DNA of 64,000 bases from Anaerolineae bacterium (GCA_046760785.1 JBHIET010000007.1:736-64735); one strand, 5' to 3'; shown: positions 1 through 9,608, counted from the stretch's first letter. A program made the numbers and translations. The notes: generated by a model from the sequence alone, not told the origin.

Positions 1-845
1 ACGAGTTGCCCGGTGTCCGCCGTGGTCAGTTCTCCAATGAACCTCTCCACTCCGACGCGCAGCGGTTGGCCTAGTTCCACGATGTCGGCGACGGAGGCGG
101 GGACGAGCTGCGGTGTGTCGCCGTAGAGGGAGACGGTCGCTGTGATCTCGACGGGTTGGCCCTTGTGAAGGGCAGGAGAGCTACCACTCAGGGCAATCAG
201 GTCATCACTCACAGCGACGGGGATGGAGCCGGTCTCGTCGCGGACGTTGATCAGTGTCAACCCCTCATACGGTGCGTACACCTGGCGCACCTCGCCCTGC
301 ACCCGCACGCGCAGGTACTCGTCCTCCGGCCCGATGGACCCGATGGTGCGATCCACCGGTTCAGCGCGGGTTACTGTGAGTTGCTCGGGCACGTTGACTG
401 TGAGCGCGAGAAAATCCTCCCGCACGCGCAATGTCCCGGCCACCTCGACCTCGTCGCCCAGCGCGGGCACGCGGCTCCCCTCAATGATCTGCCGTGTCTC
501 CGCCCGATAGGACGAGACGCGGATCTCGCCCGTCTCGTCCGCGATCCAGAAGCTGAGATAGTCACTTTCGGGGTCGTAGGTGGGGGCGCGGGTGCAGCGA
601 CCCTCCAGCCGCACGTAGGCCATGTTTATTGTCGCGCCGGCCTGTCCGATCTGAATCAGGGGCACCTCGGCGCGGATGGCGGCGAACCAGAGGGTGACGA
701 GTCCCACGGTGGCAAGCAGAATGGCGGCGATCTTGACGATGCGTATGGGGGTGCGTCCGGTCAGGTGGGCACCACAGTAGGGGCAGGCCCCATCCCCATA
801 AGGACCGACGTACCGTCCGCAACTGGGACAGTGGCTCTTCGGCAT
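1..845 (-). CDS. Zinc-ribbon / single-TM / probable OB-fold protein; the 3' end lies beyond the window edge
   Basis: My own translation. The ORF is absent from the track because no stop lies inside the window. ATG at 845-843 is preceded by AGGAGG. The product starts MPKSHCPSCGRYVGPYGDGACPYCGAHL (two CxxC pairs), followed by a TM helix IVKIAAILLATVGLVTLWFAAI. The frame stays open to position 1. Confidence 0.6.
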   Translation of the reverse strand, partial: MPKSHCPSCGRYVGPYGDGACPYCGAHLTGRTPIRIVKIAAILLATVGLVTLWFAAIRAEVPLIQIGQAGATINMAYVRLEGRCTRAPTYDPESDYLSFWIADETGEIRVSSYRAETRQIIEGSRVPALGDEVEVAGTLRVREDFLALTVNVPEQLTVTRAEPVDRTIGSIGPEDEYLRVRVQGEVRQVYAPYEGLTLINVRDETGSIPVAVSDDLIALSGSSPALHKGQPVEITATVSLYGDTPQLVPASVADIVELGQPLRVGVERFIGELTTADTGQL

Positions 846-927
846 GGTGTACCTCCTGGCGCGACTGGCGGTGCGCGAACGCTGGGTAGTTTACCCGGAT
901 TCGCCGGGTTTGTCCAATCCAAACCCC

Positions 928-1332
928 CTATTCCACCACCTCGTACAGTTCGAGCAGCACACCGTGGGTGCTTCGGGGGTGGACAAAAATGTAGCGGGTG
1001 CCGTGAACATCCAGGCGAGGCTCCTTGCTCAGCAACCGCGCCCCAGCAGCCCGCAACCGCTCCATCGTTGCCTCGATATCCTCAACTGCCAGGCAGATAT
1101 GATGAAGCCCCTCGCCGTGCTTCTCCAAAAAACGGACCACGCTGCCTGCTTCGCCCAGAGGCTGGACTAACTCGATCTCTCCTTCGCCGGCGGGCAGGAA
1201 GGCGATCTCGACCCCCTCCTCTGGCACCTCCCGCCGTTCGGTCATTTCCAAACCCAGTGCGTCACGGTAGAACTTCAGCGCCGCGTCCAGATCGTGCACG
1301 GCGATGGCGATGTGGTGTATATGTGTGCCCAT
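928..1332 (-). CDS. mce: Methylmalonyl-CoA epimerase (VOC/glyoxalase family)
   Basis: 134 aa. Contains HIAIAVHDLDAALKFY, GEGLHHICLAVEDI and FVHP, which are typical of the epimerase/VOC metal-binding pattern. Confidence 0.8.
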   Translation of the reverse strand: MGTHIHHIAIAVHDLDAALKFYRDALGLEMTERREVPEEGVEIAFLPAGEGEIELVQPLGEAGSVVRFLEKHGEGLHHICLAVEDIEATMERLRAAGARLLSKEPRLDVHGTRYIFVHPRSTHGVLLELYEVVE

Positions 1333-1393
1333 AGGTTTCCTCCGGTTCGTGTTTGCTACGTTCTACGCATTATGTATCACATGTGTAACTACC

Positions 1394-1571
1394 TTGACAA
1401 TGTCAGATTAACATAAGGCGGGCTACACCCGCTCGCCGCTGCTCGTAGCCCCCGTCCCTTCGGGCTGAGCCTCAGGACGAAGCCTCGGGGGCGTCTCAGG
1501 CGAGATTTGCCCCAAGAACACGCCCTCGGAGACGAGGGCTGAGAGCCTTTGGCCGAATGTGACATTGTCAA
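1394..1571. repeat. MITE-like 178-bp element with perfect 12-bp terminal inverted repeats
   Basis: TTGACAATGTCA at 1394-1405 and its reverse complement TGACATTGTCAA at 1560-1571. The first ~103 bp recur in inverted orientation at 40670-40773. Confidence 0.6.
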
Positions 1572-1617
1572 GCTACTCAGGCTATTCCGATCTGGACACA
1601 GAGAGCCACTGAGTAGG

Positions 1618-1664
1618 CACAGAGATTCACAGAGATACCGAAAATTTCTCTGTGTTCCTCTGTG
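1618..1664. terminator. Long imperfect hairpin downstream of the 1732-3075 minus-strand gene
   Basis: CACAGAGATTCACAGAGA (1618-1635) pairs with TCTCTGTGTTCCTCTGTG (1647-1664), leaving an 11-nt loop. There is no clear U-tract, so terminator function is uncertain. Confidence 0.35.
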
Positions 1665-1731
1665 AAACTCCGTGTAACAGCCCAGGCTGGGTAGTTACTC
1701 ACATATTTCGCATTGCGTGTGGCACAAGCAG

Positions 1732-3075
1732 TCATCGTCGCACCAGCACGTACCGCCCACGTGTTGTAGTCGAGGTGGCCGTGTAGAGATAGGTCGCCGG
1801 GCCGACGATGACGATGTCAGCGTGGCCCACGCCCACGTTGCCGGGCAGGTCCATTATCACCGGGTTGCCAGAGTACTTCTCCCACAGCCCGTCAATGGCC
1901 GGTCCCACGCTGCGCGCAAACCCCAGCCCGAACTGGTCATCCCTGACGGTGGGATCGCTGGGGCCGCGCACCCCCTCGTAGGCCATGTAGTAGTGGTCGC
2001 CCACCCCCACCACGTCGGCCGAGGAGACGGTGCGAAACTCGAAGTAGGGGTTAGCCGCCACCCCCAGAGCATCCACCGGCCCGTAGCCGAGCTCCGCGCC
2101 GAAGAGCGGATTGGACGCGCACTTACGCAAGCCCCCCACCCCGGCGTACTTATCGCCCACATAACAGCCCATGTGCCCCGGAGCCCGCCCCAGCCCGACG
2201 AAGACGTAGAGCAGGCTGCCTTCGACGTAGATGCCCGGTGGTGCGCCCACCAGGCATTCGAACTCTAACTCCGAATAGATGTGGGGGTGCTCGCCAATGG
2301 ATTCCGCCTCGCTGCACGACCCCCGGTCGGTGTGCCAGGCCCCGGTGCCGGGCACGTGAGTCTCGGCCGACCAGTTCAGGCCGTCGGCGGAGGTGCGCAG
2401 AAAGGTAGCTGCCCCCCATTCGTAGACGATGTAGACGCGGTCAGTGTCAAAGAAGACGCGCGGGTACTGTTGCTGGTGCGTGTGATCCCGGTTAGGGTCG
2501 CAGGGGCACGTAACGCAGGGGAAGAGACAGCGGGGACTTTCGAGCGAAAAGCGGAGCCCGCCATCGTGACTCTTCCACAGCGTGACGCAGCCGGGGAAGA
2601 GGACGGGGCCGCCGCATTTATCTATCACACCCGCTGACTCAAAACTCGCGTGCAGATAGGACCAAAACTCACCCCCGCCCCGGTAGACGGTGTCCGATTC
2701 GCCCACGGGCAAGCCCACGTCGTATACCTCCAATATCCACTCGGCACCCCCGGCCCAGAAGTCATCCAGGCTGGCGAACTCACGCCCGGGCGGGGGGACA
2801 GGGGCGAAGGGAGGCGGAGCAGTTGGTTGGGTGGTTGGTGTGGGGGTAGGGGTATTGATAGGGATTGGAGTGGATGGGGGCGTAGAGGTAGGGGTGGAGG
2901 TTAGGATAGGTGTGTCCGTAGGAGTTGGGGAAGGTGTGCGCGTCGGCGTAGCTGCCGACGAAGAGGTAAGTGCGACGGTCAGCGTGGGAGTTGGGCCGCG
3001 AGCACAGCCCGCGCACGTGAGCAGGCCAAGGAGCAGAACGGTGACGATTGACGAATTCCAGCGCCGCTTTTCCAT
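1732..3075 (-). CDS. Secreted lipoprotein with PT-rich linker, function unknown
   Basis: Start chosen at MEKRRWNSSIVTVLLLGLLTCAGC (signal peptide with lipobox-like LTCAG-C). A long P/T/S linker is followed by a globular domain of about 330 aa. Confidence 0.7.
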   Translation of the reverse strand: MEKRRWNSSIVTVLLLGLLTCAGCARGPTPTLTVALTSSSAATPTRTPSPTPTDTPILTSTPTSTPPSTPIPINTPTPTPTTQPTAPPPFAPVPPPGREFASLDDFWAGGAEWILEVYDVGLPVGESDTVYRGGGEFWSYLHASFESAGVIDKCGGPVLFPGCVTLWKSHDGGLRFSLESPRCLFPCVTCPCDPNRDHTHQQQYPRVFFDTDRVYIVYEWGAATFLRTSADGLNWSAETHVPGTGAWHTDRGSCSEAESIGEHPHIYSELEFECLVGAPPGIYVEGSLLYVFVGLGRAPGHMGCYVGDKYAGVGGLRKCASNPLFGAELGYGPVDALGVAANPYFEFRTVSSADVVGVGDHYYMAYEGVRGPSDPTVRDDQFGLGFARSVGPAIDGLWEKYSGNPVIMDLPGNVGVGHADIVIVGPATYLYTATSTTTRGRYVLVRR

Positions 3076-3236
3076 TTCAATACGGGTGGCAAGTGTAACG
3101 CATAAGACGGCAGAGGTCAAGTAACAGTTGGCCGTTAGCAGTTAGCAGTCACGCAGGAGACTTGCCGAATTACAAGGTTGAGCATATACTTGTCCTGGTC
3201 TTCACGCAACACGCATCACGTTTCAGGAGGTGGCCC

Positions 3237-3791
3237 GTGTGCTATCAGGAATGTGCGTTGTACGGTGATCTGGTGCTCTACCTGCGCGACCGCGCTGCCG
3301 AACTACTGGCTGGCGATGGTAGCAATGTGGAGACAGAACGAGGGCGGCTCGACACCGCCATCCGCGACTGGTTTTTCACCTCCCAAGATGAGCTCCACGG
3401 CTGTGCGCCCCGCGACCTGATCTGGGCTGAGCAGAAAGGAGAGCCCAACCCCATTCATCCCGACCGCCTGGCCGAGTTCTTCGAGGATGATTGCCCCGTC
3501 TGTCAGGCCGAGTACCGAGAGGTCCAGGCAGCCATCGAGGCCGGCGAGGAACATGGTTTTCACTGGCACTACGACGACGGCGGTTACCCATTGATCGCCC
3601 GCTACGACCCCGAAGGCTGGGACGAGCGCTGGGCTGAGGAGGACGCCGCGTTCGAACAATGGCAGGCAGAGCAAGAGACACAGGCCGCCGCGCCAGCCTA
3701 CGAACCTCCGTCAGTCGAAGATGTCGAGGTATCGCCAGAGGAGTTCATCTCAAAGCCTTCCCCTACCAGAACGTGGCTCTCGACTGGCTGA
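3237..3791 (+). CDS. Hypothetical acidic protein
   Basis: GTG at 3237 lies 7 nt after AGGAGG, in frame with track ORF 3162-3791. I recognise no family. Confidence 0.5.
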   Translation: MCYQECALYGDLVLYLRDRAAELLAGDGSNVETERGRLDTAIRDWFFTSQDELHGCAPRDLIWAEQKGEPNPIHPDRLAEFFEDDCPVCQAEYREVQAAIEAGEEHGFHWHYDDGGYPLIARYDPEGWDERWAEEDAAFEQWQAEQETQAAAPAYEPPSVEDVEVSPEEFISKPSPTRTWLSTG

Positions 3792-4018
3792 GCCAGCCGG
3801 AGCAGAACGCCGCGCTGATGGTCCAGGCCATGGAGCAGGTGATTGCACCGGAGGACGAGGACGAGATGGCCCGCTTCCGCCACCACCGCGACTTTGTCTT
3901 CGCCCTGGCCCGGCTGGTGCATCCAGGAGCGCGCCTCTGGCTCCAGGGCTGGCTCGACGCGGTGGCCCACGGTGCCTTCGGGCGCGCCAGCGGAGAGGAG
4001 GCGGACGATGACTTCTGA
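3771..4018 (+). CDS. Hypothetical protein, or a -1-shifted continuation of 3237-3791
   Basis: The frame of track ORF 3659-4018 becomes protein-like from ~3750 (HLKAFPYQNVALDWLSQPEQNAALMVQAMEQV...). No convincing RBS precedes the GTG at 3771. Confidence 0.35.
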
Positions 4019-4100
4019 ACCCAATCGAGCTGCACAGGACGATCTGAGCCTATATTTCGCACCCCTGGGAATCGTAAAACAACAGTAGCACAGCTCATAG

Positions 4101-4260
4101 CCAAATCGCATCCTGAGCTACGTCCTGAGCGTAGACGAAGGGTAGGCCGAAGGCCATATCGAAGGGGCGATTTGGCGGCCAGTCACCCCCTTCGGCAGGC
4201 TCAGGACAGGCTTCGATACACCGCTTCGCGGCACTCAGGATGACCGGCCTGATTTAGCTG
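4101..4260. repeat. GC-rich REP-like structured intergenic region
   Basis: GCCAAATCGC (4101-4110) and GCGATTTGGC (4167-4176) form an inverted repeat. The CCCTTCGG...GCTCAGGAC motif is related to the core of the 1394-1571 element. Confidence 0.35.
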
Positions 4261-4310
4261 CTAGCGGAGTGCGAAATCTAGGCTAAGGAGATTGATACCA
4301 GGAGGGGAAA

Positions 4311-5627
4311 ATGAGCGTACGCATCGGCATTCGCCGTGAGGATAAAAGCGTCTGGGAACGCCGTGTGCCCATCATCCCGGAGCACGCGCGTCAACTGCAG
4401 GAAGAACACGACATCGAGGTGTGGGTGCAACCGTCGGAGATCCGCGTCTTCCGCGATGAGGAGTTTGCGCAGGCCAGCGTCCGGGTCGAGGAAGATCTCT
4501 CCTCCTGCCCGGTGGTCTTCGCCGTCAAGGAGATCCCCGCCCACTTGTTCTACCCCAGCCACACATACGTGTTCTTCGCTCACGTCATCAAAGGCCAGTC
4601 GTATAACATGCCCATGCTCAAGCGCATGATGGAGCTGGGATGCCACTTGATTGACTACGAGAAGGTGACCGACGAGAAGGGACGACGATTGATCTTCTTC
4701 GGCCGCCACGCAGGGTTGGCAGGAATGATCGATACGCTATGGGCCCTGGGGCAGCGGCTGAACTGGGAGGGCGTGCCTAACCCCTTCAGCGACCTACAAC
4801 AGACGCACAAGTATAGCAGCCTGGTCGAGGCGAAAGCAGCGGTAGCGGCGGTTGGGGAGTGTATCGCCCAGGAGGGGTTGCCTGAATCGATCACTCCCTT
4901 CATCTGCGGCTTCGCCGGATATGGAAACGTCTTCAGGGGAGCCAACGAAATCATTGAACTCCTGCCGGTGCAGGAGATCGAACCCCACGAGGTCGGCGTC
5001 GTGGTCCAATCCGCCGACTATGCCCAAAACGCCCTGTACAAAGTGGTATTCAAAGAAGAGCACACGGTGGAGCCCATCTCGCCGCAGGACCAATTCGAAC
5101 TGCAGGACTACTACGACCATCCCGAGAAATACCGCTCCAAGTTCCACACCTACCTCCCCTACCTGACCACATTGGTCAACTGCGTCTACTGGGAGGCGAA
5201 ATACCCCCGGTTGGTGACGAAGGCGGATCTGAGAGAGCTATACGGAGGAGCAGAACCCCCACGCCTGCGGGTCATCGGCGACATCAGTTGCGACATCGAG
5301 GGGGCCATCGAGGGCACAATCAAATCCACCGAGCCTGGCGACCCTGTCTTCGTCTACGACCCCAGCGAGGATCGCGCCGTTGACGGGATCGAGGGACAAG
5401 GGCCGGTGATCATGGCCGTGGACATCCTGCCCAGCGAGTTGCCCCGCGATGCCTCGGTATACTTCAGCGGCGTGCTGATGGAGTACGTCCCGACCATCGC
5501 CGAGGCTGATTACTCGGTGCCCTTCGAGGAATTGGCCCTGCCGCCGGAGATCAAGCGGGCGGTCATTGTCTATCAGGGCGAACTGACGCCCGACTACCGG
5601 TACCTTGAACAGCATCTTCACACGTAG
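4311..5627 (+). CDS. Lysine-ketoglutarate reductase / saccharopine dehydrogenase (L-lysine-forming)-like, AlaDH/PNT fold
   Basis: 438 aa. The N-terminus MSVRIGIRREDKSVWERRVPIIPEH resembles the LKR domain of bifunctional LKR/SDH enzymes. GGAGG lies upstream of the ATG. Confidence 0.7.
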   Translation: MSVRIGIRREDKSVWERRVPIIPEHARQLQEEHDIEVWVQPSEIRVFRDEEFAQASVRVEEDLSSCPVVFAVKEIPAHLFYPSHTYVFFAHVIKGQSYNMPMLKRMMELGCHLIDYEKVTDEKGRRLIFFGRHAGLAGMIDTLWALGQRLNWEGVPNPFSDLQQTHKYSSLVEAKAAVAAVGECIAQEGLPESITPFICGFAGYGNVFRGANEIIELLPVQEIEPHEVGVVVQSADYAQNALYKVVFKEEHTVEPISPQDQFELQDYYDHPEKYRSKFHTYLPYLTTLVNCVYWEAKYPRLVTKADLRELYGGAEPPRLRVIGDISCDIEGAIEGTIKSTEPGDPVFVYDPSEDRAVDGIEGQGPVIMAVDILPSELPRDASVYFSGVLMEYVPTIAEADYSVPFEELALPPEIKRAVIVYQGELTPDYRYLEQHLHT

Positions 5628-5720
5628 AAGTGAGTTCAGGTTGCAGGTTTCAAGTCTCACTTTGATCAACCTGTAACCCGAAACCCTCTAACTTGAAACT
5701 TCAGCAACGGGAGGATTCTA

Positions 5721-7046
5721 ATGAAAAGCATTCTCGTTCTTGGCGCCGGCCTGGTCGCCAGTCCCCTGGTTCAATACCTGCTCGATCAGGCCGGGTATCG
5801 CGTGACGGTCGCCAGCCGCACGCTCAGCAAGGCCGAGGCACTGGTAGGCGACCATCCACAGGGGAAGGCCGTCGCGTTCGACATCACGCAGGACGGCGCA
5901 GCGCTGGGCGACCTGATCTCCCAGGCCGATCTGGCCGTCAGCCTGCTGCCCTACATCTACCACGTGCAGGTGGCCGAGCAATGCACCCGCCACTGCAAGC
6001 ATCTGGTCACGGCCAGTTACGTCAGCGACGGGATGCGAGCACTGGACGGCGCGGCGCGGGAGGCGGGAGTCATCCTGCTCAACGAAATCGGCCTCGACCC
6101 CGGCATTGACCATATGTCGGCGAAGCGAATCATCAACCGGGTGCACGACGCCGGTGGAGAGATCAAGTCATTCCGCTCCTACTGCGGTGGCCTGCCCGCC
6201 CCCGAGGCCAACGACAACCCTCTGGGCTACAAGTTCTCCTGGAGCCCGCGCGGGGTGGTGCTGGCGGGGCGCAACGACGCACGCTATCTGGAAAACGGTC
6301 ACGTCGTGGAAGTTCCCAACGCCCGCCTCTTCGCCACCCATTACTTGACCTGGGTCGAGGGGCTGGGCGATTTCGAAGCGTATCCCAACCGCGACTCGCT
6401 CCCCTACATCGAAATCTACGCCATCCCGGAGACCGACACGATGTATCGGGGTACGCTGCGCAACCTGGGCTGGTGCGATGTGATGCAGAAACTGAACAAG
6501 TTAGGCTACTTCAGCCCGGACGAGCGGCCCGATCTGCCTGGTAGGACTTTCCGGCAAGTGATGGCGGAACTGATTGGCAAAAGAGACACAGACAATCTCA
6601 AGGCCGATCTAGCCGCTTTCCTCAACGTTTCCCCTACGTCTGGGGTGATGATGGCGCTGGAGTGGCTAGGACTTCTGGACGACGCTCCCGTCTCGGACAA
6701 GACGACGCTGCTGGACATCCTGGCCGATCAGATGCTCGTCAAGATGCCCTACCGCGAGGGAGAGCGCGATCTGGTCATCCTGGTCCACGAATTCATCGCT
6801 GAGTATGCGGAACGCAGGGAGCACATCAGTTCGACCTTGATTGACTTCGGCGTCCCCGGTGGGAACAGCGCGATGGCGCGCACGGTGGGGTTACCGGCGG
6901 CCATCGGTACGCGGATGATCCTCGAGGAGGAAATCACCCTGACCGGCGTCCACATCCCGGTGCTGCCGGAGATCTACGAGCCAGTATTGGGAGAACTGGA
7001 GCAATTGGGAATCGCCTGTACGGAGAAGAGGGAGGTGCTCAGTTAG
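5721..7046 (+). CDS. Saccharopine dehydrogenase (NADP+, L-glutamate-forming)
   Basis: 441 aa. Contains the Rossmann motif ILVLGAGLVASP and a LYS9-like body (LNEIGLDPGIDHM, YKFSWSPRG). It is adjacent to the LKR-like gene. Confidence 0.8.
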   Translation: MKSILVLGAGLVASPLVQYLLDQAGYRVTVASRTLSKAEALVGDHPQGKAVAFDITQDGAALGDLISQADLAVSLLPYIYHVQVAEQCTRHCKHLVTASYVSDGMRALDGAAREAGVILLNEIGLDPGIDHMSAKRIINRVHDAGGEIKSFRSYCGGLPAPEANDNPLGYKFSWSPRGVVLAGRNDARYLENGHVVEVPNARLFATHYLTWVEGLGDFEAYPNRDSLPYIEIYAIPETDTMYRGTLRNLGWCDVMQKLNKLGYFSPDERPDLPGRTFRQVMAELIGKRDTDNLKADLAAFLNVSPTSGVMMALEWLGLLDDAPVSDKTTLLDILADQMLVKMPYREGERDLVILVHEFIAEYAERREHISSTLIDFGVPGGNSAMARTVGLPAAIGTRMILEEEITLTGVHIPVLPEIYEPVLGELEQLGIACTEKREVLS

Positions 7047-7085
7047 CGACGACATGAAGCAACTGCGCACTTCACGCTGTATCGC

Positions 7086-7114
7086 TTGACGCTACCAGAC
7101 TATTATGGTACTAT
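7086..7114 (+). promoter_or_regulatory. Candidate sigma70-type promoter
   Basis: TTGACG (7086-7091), 17 nt spacer, TACTAT (7109-7114), upstream of the LysM lipoprotein gene. Confidence 0.4.
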
Positions 7115-7167
7115 GCAAAGCGTACAGTGATTCGGCTGATGCGGCACATAAGGAAGGAGGTAGCCCC

Positions 7168-7833
7168 ATGAGGAAGACCCGACTCTTTTTGCTTTTGGGC
7201 ACGTTGATTGTACTGGGCACGATGACTGGCTGTTACAAGGAAGTGGCTCCCGACGTGACGCCGACGCCGGGAGCCGGTGCACAGGCCGTTCCGCTGGAGG
7301 AGGGGACGCCCGATCTGGTGGCCACAGCAGCCGCGAATTCTGCCTTGTTGACACAGGAGGCTGCTGAAGCTGAAGGAGAAGGCGAGACTTTACCCACCGA
7401 AACGCCCACCGCGCCACCGGATACGCCGACCCCGTCCTCTACTCCTGTGCCCACCACGCCGGCCCCCACCACGCCGGCGCCGACTCCAACGCCGCCCCCC
7501 ACAGGCCAGGTCACACACGTGGTTCAGCGAGGTGAGAATCTATTCCGCATCGCGCTGCGCTACGGCACCACGGTGCGGGCAATCGCCAATGCCAATAGTA
7601 TCGCCAACCCGGCTCTTATCTACGTCGGGCAGAAGTTGGTCATCCCATCCCAGGGCGCTCAGCCTCCATCGCCACCCGCAGGCGAGACCACCTATGTGGT
7701 ACAACCCGGTGACAATCTGTTCCGCATCTCTTTGCGTTACAACATGAGTTACCTGTACCTGGCGCAGCACAACGGCATCGCCAACCCTTCACGCATTTAC
7801 GCCGGCCAGGTTCTGCGCATCCCGCCGCACTAG
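7168..7833 (+). CDS. Lipoprotein with two LysM domains and a PT-rich linker
   Basis: MRKTRLFLLLGTLIVLGTMTGC lipobox. Two LysM repeats are present (THVVQRGENLFRIALRYG... and TYVVQPGDNLFRISLRYN...). AAGGAAGGAGG RBS. Confidence 0.85.
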   Translation: MRKTRLFLLLGTLIVLGTMTGCYKEVAPDVTPTPGAGAQAVPLEEGTPDLVATAAANSALLTQEAAEAEGEGETLPTETPTAPPDTPTPSSTPVPTTPAPTTPAPTPTPPPTGQVTHVVQRGENLFRIALRYGTTVRAIANANSIANPALIYVGQKLVIPSQGAQPPSPPAGETTYVVQPGDNLFRISLRYNMSYLYLAQHNGIANPSRIYAGQVLRIPPH

Positions 7834-7912
7834 CCACGCCAGCAGGAAATCCGTGAGAGACGATGTCCGTGGCTCGTCTGCAGACCGGCCACGGCCTCTA
7901 CATCTATCGGGG

Positions 7913-8806
7913 ATGATCACCAGTCTGAAGAACGACAAGGTCAGATACGTACGGGCGTTGCAGAGCCGGCGGCGCGTTCGACAGCGGGAACGACGTTTCA
8001 TCTTCGAGGGAGTACGGCTCGTCGAGGAGGCTGTCCAAACCGGCATCCCCCCCGCTTTCGCGTTCTACACCGAGGCCCTGGAGAGCGATGAGCAAGGCGG
8101 TAGACTGCTGAAGGCACTCCGCGAGATGAACGTCTCCTGTCACGCTGTGAGCGTGCCGGTGATGGCCGCTTGCTCCGATACAGTAACCCCCCAAGGTATT
8201 CTGGCCGTGCTTCCTATCCCCAACCTCTCCCGTCCCGAGCACCCCACCATCACACTGATCCTCGATCGCGTGCGAAACCCTGGGAATCTGGGCACCATCC
8301 TGCGCACGGCGCTCGCGGCAGGGGTGGAGCAGGTGCTGCTGACGCCTGGCACAGTAGACGCCAGCAATCCCAAGGTGGTGCGAGCTGGTATGGGAGCGCA
8401 TCTGCATCTCCCTCTGGCAGCGCTGGGGTGGGAGGCCATGTCCGAAGCAGTGACTGGCTGCGACGTGTGGCTGGCAGCGGCCGACGGCGAGATGGACTAC
8501 ACGGCGGTAGATTGGACACGACCGGTGGCGCTCGTCGTGGGGGGCGAGGCAACCGGGGCGGGGGAGCGGGCCCAGGCGCTCGCGCAGGGGCGGGTTTCCA
8601 TCCCAATGGCGGCGGAAGTCGAATCGCTGAACACGGCGGTGGCGACGGCGGTGATCCTCTTCGAGGTGGTGCGGCAGAGAGCAGCGAAGGATCACGACGC
8701 AGGCTTGACAAATCCCGCCCTTTCCGATATAGTAGCGGCAGTTTCCCCACAGCCCGCGGTGGAGAGGGGAGGAGTAACCATATCCCAATGCAGCCCTGGC
8801 GTCTGA
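7913..8806 (+). CDS. TrmH/SpoU-family RNA 2'-O-methyltransferase
   Basis: Contains RNPGNLGTILRTA, VVGGEATG and IPMAAEVESLNTAVATAV SpoU motifs. Start placed at MITSLKNDKV. Confidence 0.85.
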   Translation: MITSLKNDKVRYVRALQSRRRVRQRERRFIFEGVRLVEEAVQTGIPPAFAFYTEALESDEQGGRLLKALREMNVSCHAVSVPVMAACSDTVTPQGILAVLPIPNLSRPEHPTITLILDRVRNPGNLGTILRTALAAGVEQVLLTPGTVDASNPKVVRAGMGAHLHLPLAALGWEAMSEAVTGCDVWLAAADGEMDYTAVDWTRPVALVVGGEATGAGERAQALAQGRVSIPMAAEVESLNTAVATAVILFEVVRQRAAKDHDAGLTNPALSDIVAAVSPQPAVERGGVTISQCSPGV

Positions 8807-9549
8807 CTCTTGCCGTTGTACTCCTGACAGCGACAATAGCCTTTCTGTCTCCCTGCTCTGCCTTCGCGCAGAGTGGAGATCCCCCTGATGATCCGGCCCT
8901 CTCTTCCTACTGGAACTACGCGGTCCACCGCTGGGAGTCCATCATCCTCCGGTACGCCCAGGAGCGCAGCCTGGACCCAGATCTCGTCGCGGCCGTGATC
9001 TGGAAGGAATCACTGGGCCGCCCGCGGGAGCACAGTGTGGTTGGGGCCATCGGGCTGATGGGGCTGATGCCGTTCGACTGGCGGCCTAGCCCCGAAGAAC
9101 TGGAGAACCCCTGGACAAACGTGTACTGGGGTGCGCGGGCACTGTCCCACACCATCCGCGATGGCAAGGGGGACCTGTACTACTCGCTGGCTGCCTATAA
9201 CGGCGGATGGGGGCAGATTCACCTGCGCGTCACGCGCCGCTATGCGGCCGACGTGTTGGACTACTACGCTCGTGCTGTCGCCGTGCGGCATGGGTTGCCC
9301 GCCGATGGCGAGTGGGTCGCCATTTTCGCCGTTGAAGGAGCGCCTGCCCCCTCTACTATCACAGTGATTGGCCCACAGCGTCCACTGGCCCGCTACACCG
9401 AACGACCCTGGATCCGAGCCGATATCCCCACTGTGCCACTCGGTGTCTCTCCCCTCACCACCGCTATCACCTTCGTGGATGAGCGGGGCGTGGAGTGTCG
9501 GGTGAACGTGTGGCTGGTTGCAGAAGACGGCTCTCCTTTTGTGCCGTAG
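8788..9549 (+). CDS. Secreted lytic transglycosylase (SLT domain)
   Basis: Start at MQPWRLTLAVVLLTATIAFLSPCSAFA (signal peptide) after GGAGAGGGGAGGAG. Contains AVIWKESLG...GLMGLMP and AAYNGG SLT motifs. The long N-terminal extension of track ORF 8170 is rejected. Confidence 0.75.
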   Translation: MQPWRLTLAVVLLTATIAFLSPCSAFAQSGDPPDDPALSSYWNYAVHRWESIILRYAQERSLDPDLVAAVIWKESLGRPREHSVVGAIGLMGLMPFDWRPSPEELENPWTNVYWGARALSHTIRDGKGDLYYSLAAYNGGWGQIHLRVTRRYAADVLDYYARAVAVRHGLPADGEWVAIFAVEGAPAPSTITVIGPQRPLARYTERPWIRADIPTVPLGVSPLTTAITFVDERGVECRVNVWLVAEDGSPFVP

Positions 9550-9579
9550 CCCGGCCACCTGATAGCGCTTTTCTCCCAA

Positions 9580-9608
9580 TTGACCGCTCACAGTCTTTGT
9601 GTTATCAT
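9580..9608 (+). promoter_or_regulatory. Candidate sigma70-type promoter
   Basis: TTGACC (9580-9585), 17 nt spacer, TATCAT (9603-9608), upstream of the M48 protease gene. Confidence 0.4.

Noticed and set aside
4020-4310. Lysine riboswitch upstream of the saccharopine-pathway genes.
   Set aside because: I recognised no L-box core features. The region is better explained by the REP-like inverted repeats. Catabolic genes are also not typical L-box targets.
8170-9549. N-terminal extensions suggested by the ORF track (8170 for the transglycosylase, 9495 for the M48 protease, 14119, 16732, 20541, 40808, 47668, 49940, 53549, 56402, 57619).
   Set aside because: The upstream parts are Arg/Pro-rich junk overlapping the preceding gene. 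An internal ATG or GTG with a good Shine-Dalgarno and a sensible N-terminus (signal peptide or family start) is present in each case.
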